Shown here piece after piece: positions 30,441 to 40,688 of a DNA stretch of 64,000 bases; the first letter of the stretch is position 1; every line of letters starts with the position of its first letter. Under the pieces are notes generated by a model. It was not told where the DNA came from and ran no database searches. It worked only from the letters and a program-made list of their open reading frames with translations. The stretch comes from Candidatus Pelearchaeum maunauluense (GTDB taxonomy: Archaea; Thermoproteota; Nitrososphaeria_A; Caldarchaeales; Caldarchaeaceae), in the NCBI GenBank assembly GCA_030059675.1, contig JANVYQ010000005.1, positions 58,372 through 122,371 of the forward strand, written 5' to 3'. The translations under genes were made by a program, and so were the position numbers.

Positions 30441-30643
30441 TTACACAACCCACATACAACAGCAATTATCAACTATTTCAGGACTAAAAAACGTGAATCA
30501 TACGGGTTTAAAGTCTGTGGAATTACGTTGGGAGAAAAGGCCGTAAGACTTAAAAACATGCGAACAGGACACACGGCTCATAATCTATAACTTTTTACGG
30601 CGTCATCAATAAATAAGCTCAACCACACTAGGGAAAGTTAAGA

Positions 30644-31492
30644 ATGTCCTCAAGAAAGCTTACAGTTGAAATCATCAACGTTGGCAACGAACTGCTTGAT
30701 GGCCGCACCCTGAATACTAATCTTCAATGGCTCTGTGGGAGGCTGAGCGCTCTCGGCTTCGTGGTCAAACGTGCTGTGATAGTTAGGGATGATGTGGTGG
30801 ATATTTCTTCTTCCGTCCGCGAGGCTATGCGCAGAAAGCCCCGTTGGTTGATTATCAGCGGTGGTCTTGGGCCTACTCATGATGATAAAACTCTTGAGGG
30901 GGTTGCGAAGGCTGTTGGTAAGCGGCTCAGAGTGAGTGATGAAGCTCTGGAGCTTATCCGCGAGCATTATGAACGGATGGTGGAGGAGGGCCTTATTGAG
31001 CGTGTGGAGCTGACTAGTGCGAGGATTAAGATGGCGACGATACCGCAGGGAGCGCGGCCGCTTAGGAATAACGTGGGAACAGCACCAGGCGTGCTTATCC
31101 GTAAAGCTGGCGTCAAGATAGTCTGCCTACCAGGCGTGCCTTCAGAGCTTCAGGACATCTTCAACAACGAGATATACCCCCTCCTCCTAAAAGAGTCGCG
31201 CGGAAGGAAGTTCATCACGAAGAGAATAACAGTTCGCGGGGTTTTGGAGTCTTCCCTATCACCGCTGATAGATGAGGCGATGAGAAGATTCAGAGGCGTG
31301 TATATCAAGAGTAATCCACGCGGCTTTGAGGGCGGTGAGTCGGTCATAGATTTGGACTTCATCATTGGGGTGAGTGGCGACGATAAGCGGGTTGAGCAGC
31401 TAATCAGCGAAGCTGAGAGCTTCCTGCTGGAGAGGCTCCAGCATGGGGGTAAGACTAATGAGGGAGACCAACCCCAACGGCATGGGAAATGA
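30644..31492 (+). CDS. CinA N-terminal (MoCF-binding, COG1058) protein; probable ADP-ribose/FAD pyrophosphatase
   Basis: VGNELLDG...NTN, SGGLGPTHDDKT, NNVGTAPG, LPGVPSE and YIKSNP. Confidence 0.85.
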   Translation: MSSRKLTVEIINVGNELLDGRTLNTNLQWLCGRLSALGFVVKRAVIVRDDVVDISSSVREAMRRKPRWLIISGGLGPTHDDKTLEGVAKAVGKRLRVSDEALELIREHYERMVEEGLIERVELTSARIKMATIPQGARPLRNNVGTAPGVLIRKAGVKIVCLPGVPSELQDIFNNEIYPLLLKESRGRKFITKRITVRGVLESSLSPLIDEAMRRFRGVYIKSNPRGFEGGESVIDLDFIIGVSGDDKRVEQLISEAESFLLERLQHGGKTNEGDQPQRHGK

Positions 31493-32543
31493 CGTGAATG
31501 ACAGAATTCACGCGGCCTGGGAGCTCGTTCGCAGCTCTGCAAAACTATACAGCAAGGGTCTTGAAACAGGAATAAACGCTGGCATAAGCCTGAAAGAAGA
31601 AGAGATTGAACGTCTAATATTCCTGGGAATGGGCGGCTCAGGTATAGTCGGCGATATAATAAGAGATATGCTTGCAGCCCCTTACACGATACCCGTGCAT
31701 ATATTCAAGGACTACAGCATCCCCATCAAGCCGCGTAAAGATGATTTGGTTATAGCTGTAAGCTACTCTGGCGGGACGACAGAGACGCTCACAGCCTTTG
31801 CGCAGGCTCATGAGGCTGGCTGCAAGCTTGCGGCGATAACTTCTGGGGGAGACCTGGCCAGGCTGGCCGAGAAGAAAGGAATACCACTAGCCATAGTGAG
31901 CAGCGGGCTACAGCCGCGCTACGCGGCGCCAGAGATGGTGGCAGCAGCCTATGGGCTCTTAATACACATCACCCAAACACGCGCAGATGCTAAGATAATG
32001 AGAGAAGCGATAGAAGAGCTCCGTGGGTATATTGAACAGTTTAAAAAAGCCAACGAAGGAGAAGCATACGAGCATGCAAAATCCATCAATAATAAGATAG
32101 CCGTAATCTACGGCCATACTCATCTATTCTCAACAGCCTATAGACTAAAGGCACAGCTGAACGAGAATGCGAAGTCTCAGGCTTTCCTCGCGCAGCTTCC
32201 AGAGGCTTGTCATAACGAGGTTGAGGGATGGCTCACGAAGACCGAGACGGCGCATATATTCTTGAGAAGCAGATACGAGCCACCTATAATTACGAGCATA
32301 GTGAAGTGGATGACCGACACGCTCATATCTCGCGGCTATGCCGTTGAAGAGCTTAGGACAGAGGCGAAGAGTCATGTTGCTGAGATTATGAAGTTAATAG
32401 CTTTGATAGATTTTATCAGCATAAGCCTCGCCGCACTACGCGGCGCAGACCCGCTCACCCTCCATCTTCTTCCAGAGGTTAGGAAAGCACTACAGTTAAA
32501 CGAGAGGCTACGTCAATACGTGCTTTCCTCATTCGCGAAGTGA
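31482..32543 (+). CDS. Bifunctional phosphoglucose/phosphomannose isomerase (SIS family)
   Basis: GMGGSGIVG, SYSGGTTET, QPR, QLNENAK and PEACHNEVEG; start at 31482 or 31494. Confidence 0.9.
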   Translation: MGNDVNDRIHAAWELVRSSAKLYSKGLETGINAGISLKEEEIERLIFLGMGGSGIVGDIIRDMLAAPYTIPVHIFKDYSIPIKPRKDDLVIAVSYSGGTTETLTAFAQAHEAGCKLAAITSGGDLARLAEKKGIPLAIVSSGLQPRYAAPEMVAAAYGLLIHITQTRADAKIMREAIEELRGYIEQFKKANEGEAYEHAKSINNKIAVIYGHTHLFSTAYRLKAQLNENAKSQAFLAQLPEACHNEVEGWLTKTETAHIFLRSRYEPPIITSIVKWMTDTLISRGYAVEELRTEAKSHVAEIMKLIALIDFISISLAALRGADPLTLHLLPEVRKALQLNERLRQYVLSSFAK

Positions 32544-32547
32544 GGAC

Positions 32548-33099
32548 ATGATGTATCCACCAAAGTATGGAGAAGAATACTCATGGCGGCAGAGGCTATT
32601 CTATGCCTTCATCGCGTCATTGGTTATGATAGCCGTACTCGCTGCAAGCTCATTCACGAAAATATCACCAGAAGAGGCTGAGAGCATAATGAAGACAGCG
32701 GAAGCAATAATAGGCCCAGACCTATCGCCAGAACGCATAATCTTGAACAACCTGCCCATAGCCCTGCTTATGATGATTCCAGTCATAGGCCTCGTCATAG
32801 CCGCCTTCGCCATGTATAGCACAGGCCTGGTCTTCGCCGCCATAGCTACGACTATGCAGACTCACCCTGCGCTGCTTCTCATAATACCATTCATAACAGT
32901 CTATGGGATTCTAGAGTTTCTGGCCTATGGATTCGCCGTCTCTGAAGGCGTGCTCATAATACGCCAAGCATTTAAACGGCGGCTGCGCAACGAGCTGCGT
33001 AGCGTCCCAATCATAATAGCTGTGGTCGCAGCCCTGCTGGTCGCAGCGGCTCTCCTGGAGTATGCGCTAATCAGCGCATTCATGCAGACAGCAGCGTAG
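32548..33099 (+). CDS. SpoIIM-family membrane protein
   Basis: IILNNL..ALLMMIP, YGILEFLAY and LLVAAALLE. Confidence 0.7.
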   Translation: MMYPPKYGEEYSWRQRLFYAFIASLVMIAVLAASSFTKISPEEAESIMKTAEAIIGPDLSPERIILNNLPIALLMMIPVIGLVIAAFAMYSTGLVFAAIATTMQTHPALLLIIPFITVYGILEFLAYGFAVSEGVLIIRQAFKRRLRNELRSVPIIIAVVAALLVAAALLEYALISAFMQTAA

Positions 33100-33808
33100 C
33101 TAGGAGGGAAGCAAAAGGCCATAATAGATTTCCATACACTAAGGTGGTAATATAGCCCGCTGCTAGGAATACCAGGAGAGGTATCCCAGGAGTAACCCAT
33201 GCGTCGTCATACTTAGCCTCCTCATCAAACCCCTCTATAGAGAGGTTGAAGACGAACCTCCGCTTCCCATCTTCACGTCTTTCTATCTGACTCCAGAAAC
33301 GTCTACGACTGGAGTTGCTAAGCCGGGTTCCGATGAAGCATGCAACCACCTTCCTAAGCCTGCTCTCGCCTTCAAAGCCTTCAAAGATACGCTGGCCAGA
33401 AGCTATGCGCTTTATGTTGTACGCGGCCATGGTTATCGGTATTATTGCTGAGAGGAGCATCCCATTAGTGAAGGTCGTGATTCCCGTAAAGCCATGTAGG
33501 ACATTATCCCCGCGTACAAACGGGTCTATCGCCGCGATAGCTATGAGCGCCTTGGCGTCGGCACCGCCGTAGAGGCTGAGGTAGTAGAAGGGCAACGCCA
33601 CGAGCGCGGTTAGCGCTATGCTTGCTGCGTATATGATGATTGCCTCTGGCTGGGATTGTATGCGTTCATAGACGTTTATCGCACCGCCTACTGCGCCTGG
33701 TATGAGCCAGACCTTATCCGCGACCTCGCGTTCTTTAATGTCTCTATACGCGCCATAGCCCAGCATAGCTAGGGCTATGACTATCTTCACAACCTCTAGG
33801 TAGCTCAT
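33080..33808 (-). CDS. Prepilin/preflagellin peptidase (A24; PibD/FlaK-like)
   Basis: DIKEREV, GGADAKAL and WVTPGIPLLVF. Confidence 0.88.
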   Translation of the reverse strand: MSYLEVVKIVIALAMLGYGAYRDIKEREVADKVWLIPGAVGGAINVYERIQSQPEAIIIYAASIALTALVALPFYYLSLYGGADAKALIAIAAIDPFVRGDNVLHGFTGITTFTNGMLLSAIIPITMAAYNIKRIASGQRIFEGFEGESRLRKVVACFIGTRLSNSSRRRFWSQIERREDGKRRFVFNLSIEGFDEEAKYDDAWVTPGIPLLVFLAAGYITTLVYGNLLWPFASLLATLLSA

Positions 33809-33809
33809 G

Positions 33810-35063
33810 CTACGGCCATATACCCAGCAGCTTCACAGCCTCAGCAACCCTACTAACAGCAAGCAGCATAGCTCCCGTCCTCATGTTAGACTCGTACTGC
33901 CTTGTGTAGCTAACCACATCATTAAACGCCGTAACTATCTTCCGCTCCAGCTTAGCATTAACCTCCTCAAGACTCCACTGCTCCCGCTTAAGGTTCTGGA
34001 CCCATTCAAGGTAGCTTACCGTCACGCCGCCCGCGTTGGCTAGTATGTCTGGCACGACTATTATTTTGCGTTCTGTGAGTATTTTGTCCGCCTCTGGCGT
34101 CGTAGGTCCATTAGCGCCCTCTACGATTGCCGCTGCGTTTATCTTGTCAGCGTTTGCTGGAGTTATCTGGTTTTCAAGCGCCGCTGGTATGAGGAAGTCG
34201 CAGCGAAGCTCAAGCAGTTCTTCGTTGGTTATCTGCTTTGCTCCATCAAAGCCCACGACTGTTCCCGTCTTCTTCTTATGCTCTATCAAAGCCTGTGGAT
34301 TAAGACCCCTCTCATCAACTATACCGCCGCGCGAGTCGCTTACAGCTATTATCTTAGCTCCCCACTCATGTAGTATGCTCGCCGCATATGAGCCGACGTT
34401 GCCAAATCCCTGTATAACAACCCTAGCGCCATTCAGCGGCTTGTTAATCAATCTCGCAAGCTCGCGCGTAGCTATCGCAACGCCGCGCGAGGTAGCCTCG
34501 GCCCTACCATGACTACCCAACAGACTAAGAGGCTTACCAGTAACACACTCAGGAACCTGATAACCCTTAAGCTGGCTGTAAGTATCCATTATCCACGCCA
34601 TAGTCTGCGAGTCGGTATATACGTCAGGCGCTGGGATATCCACCAACGGGCCTACGACCTCAAACATCATGGAGGTGTATCTACGCGTGAGGCGCTCCAG
34701 CTCGTGTATTGACATCTCCTTTGGGTTGCACGCCACGCCTCCCTTAGCCCCGCCATACGGCAAATCAACAACCGCGCATTTCCAAGTCATCAACATGGCG
34801 AGCGCGATTACTTCCTCCAGATTCACGTTGGGATGATACCTAATACCACCCTTATACGGGCCACGCGCATTATTATGCTGGACACGATAACCCGTAAAGA
34901 CCTTCACAGTATTATCATCCATCTTCACTGGCACCGAAACCATCAAGGTACGCTTGGGCTTTTTCAAAACCTCATGGATTGCTGGGTCAAGATTCAACAT
35001 CTCGGCAGCCGTATCAAGCTGTCGTAAGACATGGTTTAGAAAAGCTGTTCCAGAATCGTTCAT
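33810..35063 (-). CDS. gdhA: Glutamate dehydrogenase
   Basis: GPYKGGIRYHP, GGAKGG, PAPDV, GFGNVG, EGANGP and NAGGVTVSY; ATG 35063 preferred. Confidence 0.95.
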   Translation of the reverse strand: MNDSGTAFLNHVLRQLDTAAEMLNLDPAIHEVLKKPKRTLMVSVPVKMDDNTVKVFTGYRVQHNNARGPYKGGIRYHPNVNLEEVIALAMLMTWKCAVVDLPYGGAKGGVACNPKEMSIHELERLTRRYTSMMFEVVGPLVDIPAPDVYTDSQTMAWIMDTYSQLKGYQVPECVTGKPLSLLGSHGRAEATSRGVAIATRELARLINKPLNGARVVIQGFGNVGSYAASILHEWGAKIIAVSDSRGGIVDERGLNPQALIEHKKKTGTVVGFDGAKQITNEELLELRCDFLIPAALENQITPANADKINAAAIVEGANGPTTPEADKILTERKIIVVPDILANAGGVTVSYLEWVQNLKREQWSLEEVNAKLERKIVTAFNDVVSYTRQYESNMRTGAMLLAVSRVAEAVKLLGIWP

Positions 35064-35148
35064 GTTTAGCTCAGCTATTATGTGGAGAATCAATAAAATA
35101 AACATTACGCAAAGTAAAGCATTTATCCTGAGAATTACGTAAGTAAGT

Positions 35149-35751
35149 ATGGCGCTGCTCGCGTTAAACGGCCAGAAATACCTCGCTCTAAGTTGGCGGG
35201 ATGTCGAGTCTCTGGTAGATAAGCTGTACGATGCTATTACGCGTAGTTACGAGCCTAACGTTATTGTTGGTGTTCTGCGCGGCGGGATAGTCGTGGCCAA
35301 TCTGTTATCTGATTTATTCGGGATGCAGGAGGTCTACGCCATAGGATGCCGCTCATATAGGGATATGCAGCGTTCAGAGGTTAGGATTTACCACGACCTG
35401 GTGCGCGGTGAGCTGAGGGGAAAGAATGTTCTCTTGGTTGATGACGTGTCCGACAGCGGCAACACCCTAACCACCGCTATTGAGCATGTAATAACGCCGC
35501 GCAGTCCTTCGACTGTCAAGACAGCAACACTCCATATAAAGCCCTGGACATCCTACATACCCAACTTCTACGTTGAGACTACTGATGCATGGATAATATA
35601 TCCGTGGGAGAGGATGGAGACGGTGAGGATTCTTGGGAGGCGTTTTATGCGTAGTATGGCTTCGGAGGATGTGGTGCGTGAGTTGAGTAAGCTTACGCGG
35701 GTGAGTGAAGAGGTGATAAGGCAGGTTTTGGAGGAGATCTCTGGGGGATAA
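35149..35751 (+). CDS. Purine phosphoribosyltransferase (type I PRTase)
   Basis: VLRGG, LLVDDVSDSGNTL and WIIYPWE. Confidence 0.88.
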   Translation: MALLALNGQKYLALSWRDVESLVDKLYDAITRSYEPNVIVGVLRGGIVVANLLSDLFGMQEVYAIGCRSYRDMQRSEVRIYHDLVRGELRGKNVLLVDDVSDSGNTLTTAIEHVITPRSPSTVKTATLHIKPWTSYIPNFYVETTDAWIIYPWERMETVRILGRRFMRSMASEDVVRELSKLTRVSEEVIRQVLEEISGG

Positions 35752-35807
35752 GCCCACCTCTTAAGAATCCCTAAATACGCCTCTAGGTCTTCCTTTCTTC
35801 AGCGCAT

Positions 35808-37106
35808 ATGCCTACGCGTGTTTACGCAGAGCTCTATGGATGCGCCGCGAGCATGGCAGATGGCGAGATAGCCCTAGGCCTCCTCCGCGAGAGAGGCGCT
35901 GAGATAGTAGATTCGCCAGACAAAGCTGACATCAACATGATTGTTACCTGCGCCATCAAGGGTCCTACTTCCGATAGGATGATTTCGCGTATTAGGAAGC
36001 TCAGGGGCTATGGTAAGCCGCTTATTGTGGCTGGCTGCATGGCCAGCGGCGAGCCTGGGAAGGTTGTTAGGAGCGCTCCAGACGCTTATCTAATCCCGCC
36101 AAAAGAGATTACACGAATAACAAGCGTCTTTGAGTCCATTATAGGCACATCGCCGCATGATGGGCATAATGGGAATGGTGTAAAGCTTGGCCTTCCACGT
36201 GTGCGTAGAAATCCAGTTGTGGCTATAGTTCCCGTGTCTGAGGGATGTAGGTGGAGTAAGTGCAGCTTCTGTATAGTTCCGCGAACGCGGCCTGGATACG
36301 GAAGCTACCCTATACGTATGATACTTGAAGAGGCGAGGAAGAGTCTAGAGGAGGGCTGCCGCGAGGTCTGGCTAACAAGCCAGGACATGGGCTCTTATGG
36401 CCTGGAATCTGGCCGTAATCTTCTCCCAGAGCTTTTGGAGGCTATCAACATGCTTGAGGGCTCTTTCTATGTCCGCGTCGGGATGATGAACCCAATATAC
36501 CTGAGACCGATACTTGATAAGCTCATAAGCTCATTCAAGGGGGAGCATATCTTCAAGTTCTTGCATCTTCCCGTTCAGTCTGGCTCGGATAAGGTTTTGA
36601 AGAGCATGAATCGCGGACACAGCTCTAGGCTCTACCTAGAGATTGTGGAGAGATTCAGACGTTCCATACCTGAGCTTACGTTGATGACTGACATTATAGT
36701 TGGTTATCCTACTGAGGATGAGCTTGATTTTGAGGAGACTCTGGAGGTTGTGTGGAAGTCTGAGCCTGACTCGGTTAATGTGTCTCGTTTCTTCCCCCGG
36801 CCTGGGACTCCAGCGTGGCGGAGCAGGCCACTTCCACCTGATGTAGTTGCGCGTAGGACACGGGTGCTTAACGAGGTTTGTGGTGAGGTTTCTCTGCGGC
36901 GTAATGAGCGGTGGGTTGGCTGGACTGGTGAGGCGCTGGTGGACGAGGCGGGGATGAAGCGAGGCACTTGGATAAGCAGGAACTACGCATACAAGCCAAT
37001 CGTGCTGCATTCGGATGAGAACATGCTAGGCAGGCTGGTTGAGGTTGAGATAACCGAGGCCAAGCCCCACTTTCTCTATGGTAAGATTGTCAGTAGAGTG
37101 GGTTAG
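35808..37106 (+). CDS. mtaB: tRNA methylthiotransferase, archaeal MtaB/CDKAL1-type radical SAM enzyme
   Basis: UPF0004 cysteines (YGC, VTC, AGC), radical SAM core, VRVGMMNP, FLHLPVQSGS, TDIIVGYP and C-terminal TRAM. Confidence 0.88.
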   Translation: MPTRVYAELYGCAASMADGEIALGLLRERGAEIVDSPDKADINMIVTCAIKGPTSDRMISRIRKLRGYGKPLIVAGCMASGEPGKVVRSAPDAYLIPPKEITRITSVFESIIGTSPHDGHNGNGVKLGLPRVRRNPVVAIVPVSEGCRWSKCSFCIVPRTRPGYGSYPIRMILEEARKSLEEGCREVWLTSQDMGSYGLESGRNLLPELLEAINMLEGSFYVRVGMMNPIYLRPILDKLISSFKGEHIFKFLHLPVQSGSDKVLKSMNRGHSSRLYLEIVERFRRSIPELTLMTDIIVGYPTEDELDFEETLEVVWKSEPDSVNVSRFFPRPGTPAWRSRPLPPDVVARRTRVLNEVCGEVSLRRNERWVGWTGEALVDEAGMKRGTWISRNYAYKPIVLHSDENMLGRLVEVEITEAKPHFLYGKIVSRVG

Positions 37107-37108
37107 GT

Positions 37109-38296
37109 GTGGAGCACGTATTCATAGCGCATTATGGCGAGATAGCGCTTAAGGGTAGGAATAGGCCAGCCTTTGAGCGTAGGCTGGCGGAGAACACGCA
37201 ACGCATACTAGGTGGGGGTTTTCGGGTTGCTAAGGAGGAGAGCCGTATAGTCATAACTCCTCTAGGAGAGTATGCTGTTGATGATGTGCTTAACCGTCTT
37301 AAGCATGTATTAGGAATCTCGGTCTTTGGATATGCCGTAAGATGCGAGCCCATCCCAGAAACGATAGTTGAGACGGTCCTTGAAGCTATCCGCGACGCGC
37401 CTAAGCCTGAAACGTTCGCGGTGGAGGCTAAACGGTCCTACAAACAGCATTCATTCACCTCGCTTGATGTGAGGCGGTGGGTTGCTGATGCTGTGAAGAA
37501 TAATTATGGCTGGAGACTTGATTATGACAATCCGAGCCTAACTATATTCGTTGAGGTAGGGCGGAGAAGCGCGTACATCTATCTACGGCGCTTTAAGGGG
37601 TATGGCGGCCTCCCCGTAGGTGTAAGTGGTAAGGTCCTCGCCCTACTCTCTGGAGGAACAGACTCGGCCGTTGCTTCATGGATGATGATGCGGCGCGGCT
37701 GCCGCGTTGATTTCCTTCATCTCCACGCTTACAGAAACTCGTCAGAGATTGTGGAGACGAAGATACCCGCACTCGTTGAGGCGCTCACAAGATATGGAAT
37801 ACGCTGTAGGCTGATAGTGGCTTCATTTCTCCCCTTCTACCAGATGATAACACGTGCGCCGCTTAGGCTTGAGCTCGTCCTCTTCCGCCGCTACATGCTG
37901 CACGTAGCTGACCGTATTGCTGCGCTAAGGGGATACCCAGCCCTCGCTACTGGTGATAGCCTGGGCCAAGTAGCCTCGCAGACGCTGCCCAACCTCGTAG
38001 CAGCGCAGGCAGGAGTCTCAAGGCCAGTACTCCGACCACTTATAGGGATGGATAAGCTTGCTATACAGCAGATAGCTGGAGAGATAGGCGTTTTAGAGAT
38101 AGCCCAACGGGATTATAAGGACTGTTGCTCCATCGTCTCGCGTCATCCAGCTACGAGTGTAAAGCCTGAGACACTAATCAGGGTTTGGGATGAGCTTGGT
38201 CTTGAGAGAGCTGTGGAGGAAACTGTAGAGCAGGCCGAATACTATGTTGCGGAGATAGGCTCTAGACTTATGCGAGCCGAGACGCAGCTACAGTGA
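37109..38296 (+). CDS. thiI: tRNA 4-thiouridine synthase ThiI/TtuI (THUMP + PP-loop)
   Basis: YGEIALKGRNR, GGLPVG, LLSGGTDS, GDSLGQVASQT, RPLIG and DCC. Confidence 0.93.
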   Translation: MEHVFIAHYGEIALKGRNRPAFERRLAENTQRILGGGFRVAKEESRIVITPLGEYAVDDVLNRLKHVLGISVFGYAVRCEPIPETIVETVLEAIRDAPKPETFAVEAKRSYKQHSFTSLDVRRWVADAVKNNYGWRLDYDNPSLTIFVEVGRRSAYIYLRRFKGYGGLPVGVSGKVLALLSGGTDSAVASWMMMRRGCRVDFLHLHAYRNSSEIVETKIPALVEALTRYGIRCRLIVASFLPFYQMITRAPLRLELVLFRRYMLHVADRIAALRGYPALATGDSLGQVASQTLPNLVAAQAGVSRPVLRPLIGMDKLAIQQIAGEIGVLEIAQRDYKDCCSIVSRHPATSVKPETLIRVWDELGLERAVEETVEQAEYYVAEIGSRLMRAETQLQ

Positions 38297-39285
38297 AGGT
38301 TCAGCGCTTCTCGGCCTAGCCCTCCTCTGGGCGGCGTAACTCCGCGCACCGCGTATTATTATGAACGCCGTGACACCGACCAGTAGAACGAAGAGCATCA
38401 TACTGACGTAGAAGAGGGTCTGGAGCTGCGATATGTCTTGCTGAAGCCTGTTTATCGTAGCTTCCTTGAGGGAGAGCTGTTTCTGTAAGTCGTCGCGGTC
38501 GCTCTGAAGCTCCTCAACCTGCTTCTGCAAAGGCTCTATCTCCTTCTGGAGCTTATCCAACTCCTGTGTCAAGTTTCCTATTCTCTCCTCAGCATCTTGA
38601 AGCTCGTTCTGCAGAGATAGAATCCTGTCTTCATTCTCGCGTATGCTCCCAAGAACGTCTATCGTGTTTTTCGGCGGTGGAATTCCAAGAGAACCCCAGA
38701 AGATAAGCGCGGGTGGTAGAAAACTGCCTTCATGGAGGATTACATCACCCAGCGGGAGATACGCTTCTTTGTAGGACTCTACGAAGCTCAGACCATCCGC
38801 ATATAAGTCTAAGGTTTCGGCATCAAAAAGCTTCACGGCACCCGTAACTACTATTTCCTGACCAGCGCTCACATTTAGAGCTCCAGTAAAATATCCTATG
38901 GCCCAAACGGCTCCGGCTCAACTCCATCCATCTTAGGCGGTTCAACGAACTCAAACTGTGTAAGGAGGCCTCTGCTCTCGTTTCTGAGAGCGCCCTTGCT
39001 AAAGCCATTCACCAAGAAGATTGCTATGTTCTGGGCATCCTGCTCAAAGATGTACGTGATTTTGAAGTTGACGATTATCTCCTCTCCCACATCTAGGCTT
39101 ATCTCGTAGGACGATCTGCCTGTTATGTTCCATTCTCCCCCACTCAGGGGTCTCCACTCAACGGTGTATGATAGCTCTCCATCAGGTAGCCATGACGGGT
39201 CTACCTCTTGGGCTGTGGATAATGGTATGAGCGTTAGGAGAGTGAGTAGTATTACTGGGAGCAAAGCTTTGCTGTATGACATCAC
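38288..39285 (-). pseudogene. Secreted/membrane-anchored coiled-coil protein apparently split by a single-base frameshift near 38913-38917
   Basis: The upstream ORF has a signal peptide but no anchor; the downstream frame is open from 38917 (GAVWAIGYFTGALNVSAGQEIVV...) through a coiled coil and C-terminal TM; adding 1 nt joins them. Confidence 0.6.
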
Positions 39286-39404
39286 CCACCAGCTCGCGGA
39301 ATCTGCTTATAAATCATTACCACGGGGCATCAGCGGGTTATATCGACGCGGTATGCTTTTACGGACAAGCAATATATGCGTCTAACATAATTCTTGAGAG
39401 CGTC

Positions 39405-40229
39405 TTGGTAAATGAGGACTCTCCTGGCGTAATTCTAAGCCCCTTGCCACGCGTATTAATATACCTAGGCCTAGCTATGATGCTTGTAAGCTTCTTCCTC
39501 TTCTACGCTGGGCATATGATACGGCTATATCCTGGCCGTGAGGCGTTTCTCATAACGTCGCTGATAGGATTCCAAGCGGTAGTTATCGGAAGATTCGTAC
39601 ACGCCAAGCCTATGGAGAGAATATTACTGGCCGTTGCTGGAGCTTCATTCGCAGCCGCAACAATCTCGCTACTGCGCTACCCCACATTCAGCTTCGGCAG
39701 ATGGGACTACTTCATCTTCATGACGCTACTCTTCCTAGCATTCATAACCGCTGGCCTTCTACCCGTATGGAAGGTTAGGCCACAGGACTACGGCATAGCT
39801 GGGGCGTTCATAGTCTCGTTCTTCTTTGAGATGTTCGGCTTTCCCCTGAGCCTCTACCTGATAAACACTCTGTTCGGCGCAGGACTCCCAATAGAAGGGA
39901 GGATAGGCCTGGAGAAAGCGCATCTCTGGGTTACTCTCGGCATAACGGATAGCGTAACGGCGCACTTCCTCTCGGCGCTAATAATAAGCGTAGGAGTCGC
40001 GCTCCTCGTAATAGGACACACCACGCTCTACTCAGGCAGAGGAAGAGTGGTTAACTGGGGTATTTACCGCTACATGAAACATCCACAATATACGGGGATA
40101 GTAATGATTACTGGCGGCATGCTAATAGAGTATCCAACAATCCCCGCGTTTGTGATGTGGCTTGCTCTTACATTGATGTATGTTGTTAAAGCTAGACGGG
40201 AGACGCGCGAGTTGCTAGCCCGCGCCTAA
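39405..40229 (+). CDS. Isoprenylcysteine-carboxyl/phospholipid methyltransferase (ICMT/PEMT)-family membrane protein
   Basis: AFIVSFFFEMFGFPLSLY and GIYRYMKHPQYTG; TTG 39405 lies about 27 nt after a TATA-like AATATAT. Confidence 0.75.
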   Translation: MVNEDSPGVILSPLPRVLIYLGLAMMLVSFFLFYAGHMIRLYPGREAFLITSLIGFQAVVIGRFVHAKPMERILLAVAGASFAAATISLLRYPTFSFGRWDYFIFMTLLFLAFITAGLLPVWKVRPQDYGIAGAFIVSFFFEMFGFPLSLYLINTLFGAGLPIEGRIGLEKAHLWVTLGITDSVTAHFLSALIISVGVALLVIGHTTLYSGRGRVVNWGIYRYMKHPQYTGIVMITGGMLIEYPTIPAFVMWLALTLMYVVKARRETRELLARA

Positions 40230-40677
40230 AAAGACGGGTAACGCTAATAATCTCAGACGACCTGTCAAAGATTAACTGCATGTTAAGTAGTATGGGAGCA
40301 AAGTAAAACCAGAAGACCAGCGGAAACTCGCTCTCATTCCATGGACAGCTACAGAACGCGAATGTGGCTAGCAGGTTTAGGCCTATTAACGCTCCTATAG
40401 CTCCAGCTACGTTGACGAGTATGCCTAGGATTACCATAAGCCCCACAGCGGTTTCTGCTATTGTTATAATCCGCGCTATATTCTCCCAGCTCCACGCTAC
40501 AGTCGCCCGCAGTATATCACCGTATAGCGGTACATAGTTCCCCTCCGCCGCTGTCTTGAGAAGCCGCTCAACCCACGAGATATCAAGCCAGCGCTGGCTA
40601 GCGAAGTAAAGCCAGTAAATCCCTATTGAGAGTCTAAGCATTAGTTGCCAAGCAAGCTGTAGGCGCTCTCTCCTCAT
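40192..40677 (-). CDS. DoxX/DoxD-family membrane protein
   Basis: LMLRLSIGIYWL and AETAVGLMVILG patterns; 4 TM; CSC motif. Confidence 0.65.
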   Translation of the reverse strand: MRRERLQLAWQLMLRLSIGIYWLYFASQRWLDISWVERLLKTAAEGNYVPLYGDILRATVAWSWENIARIITIAETAVGLMVILGILVNVAGAIGALIGLNLLATFAFCSCPWNESEFPLVFWFYFAPILLNMQLIFDRSSEIISVTRLFRRGLATRASPV

Positions 40678-40688
40678 ACATTCATATG

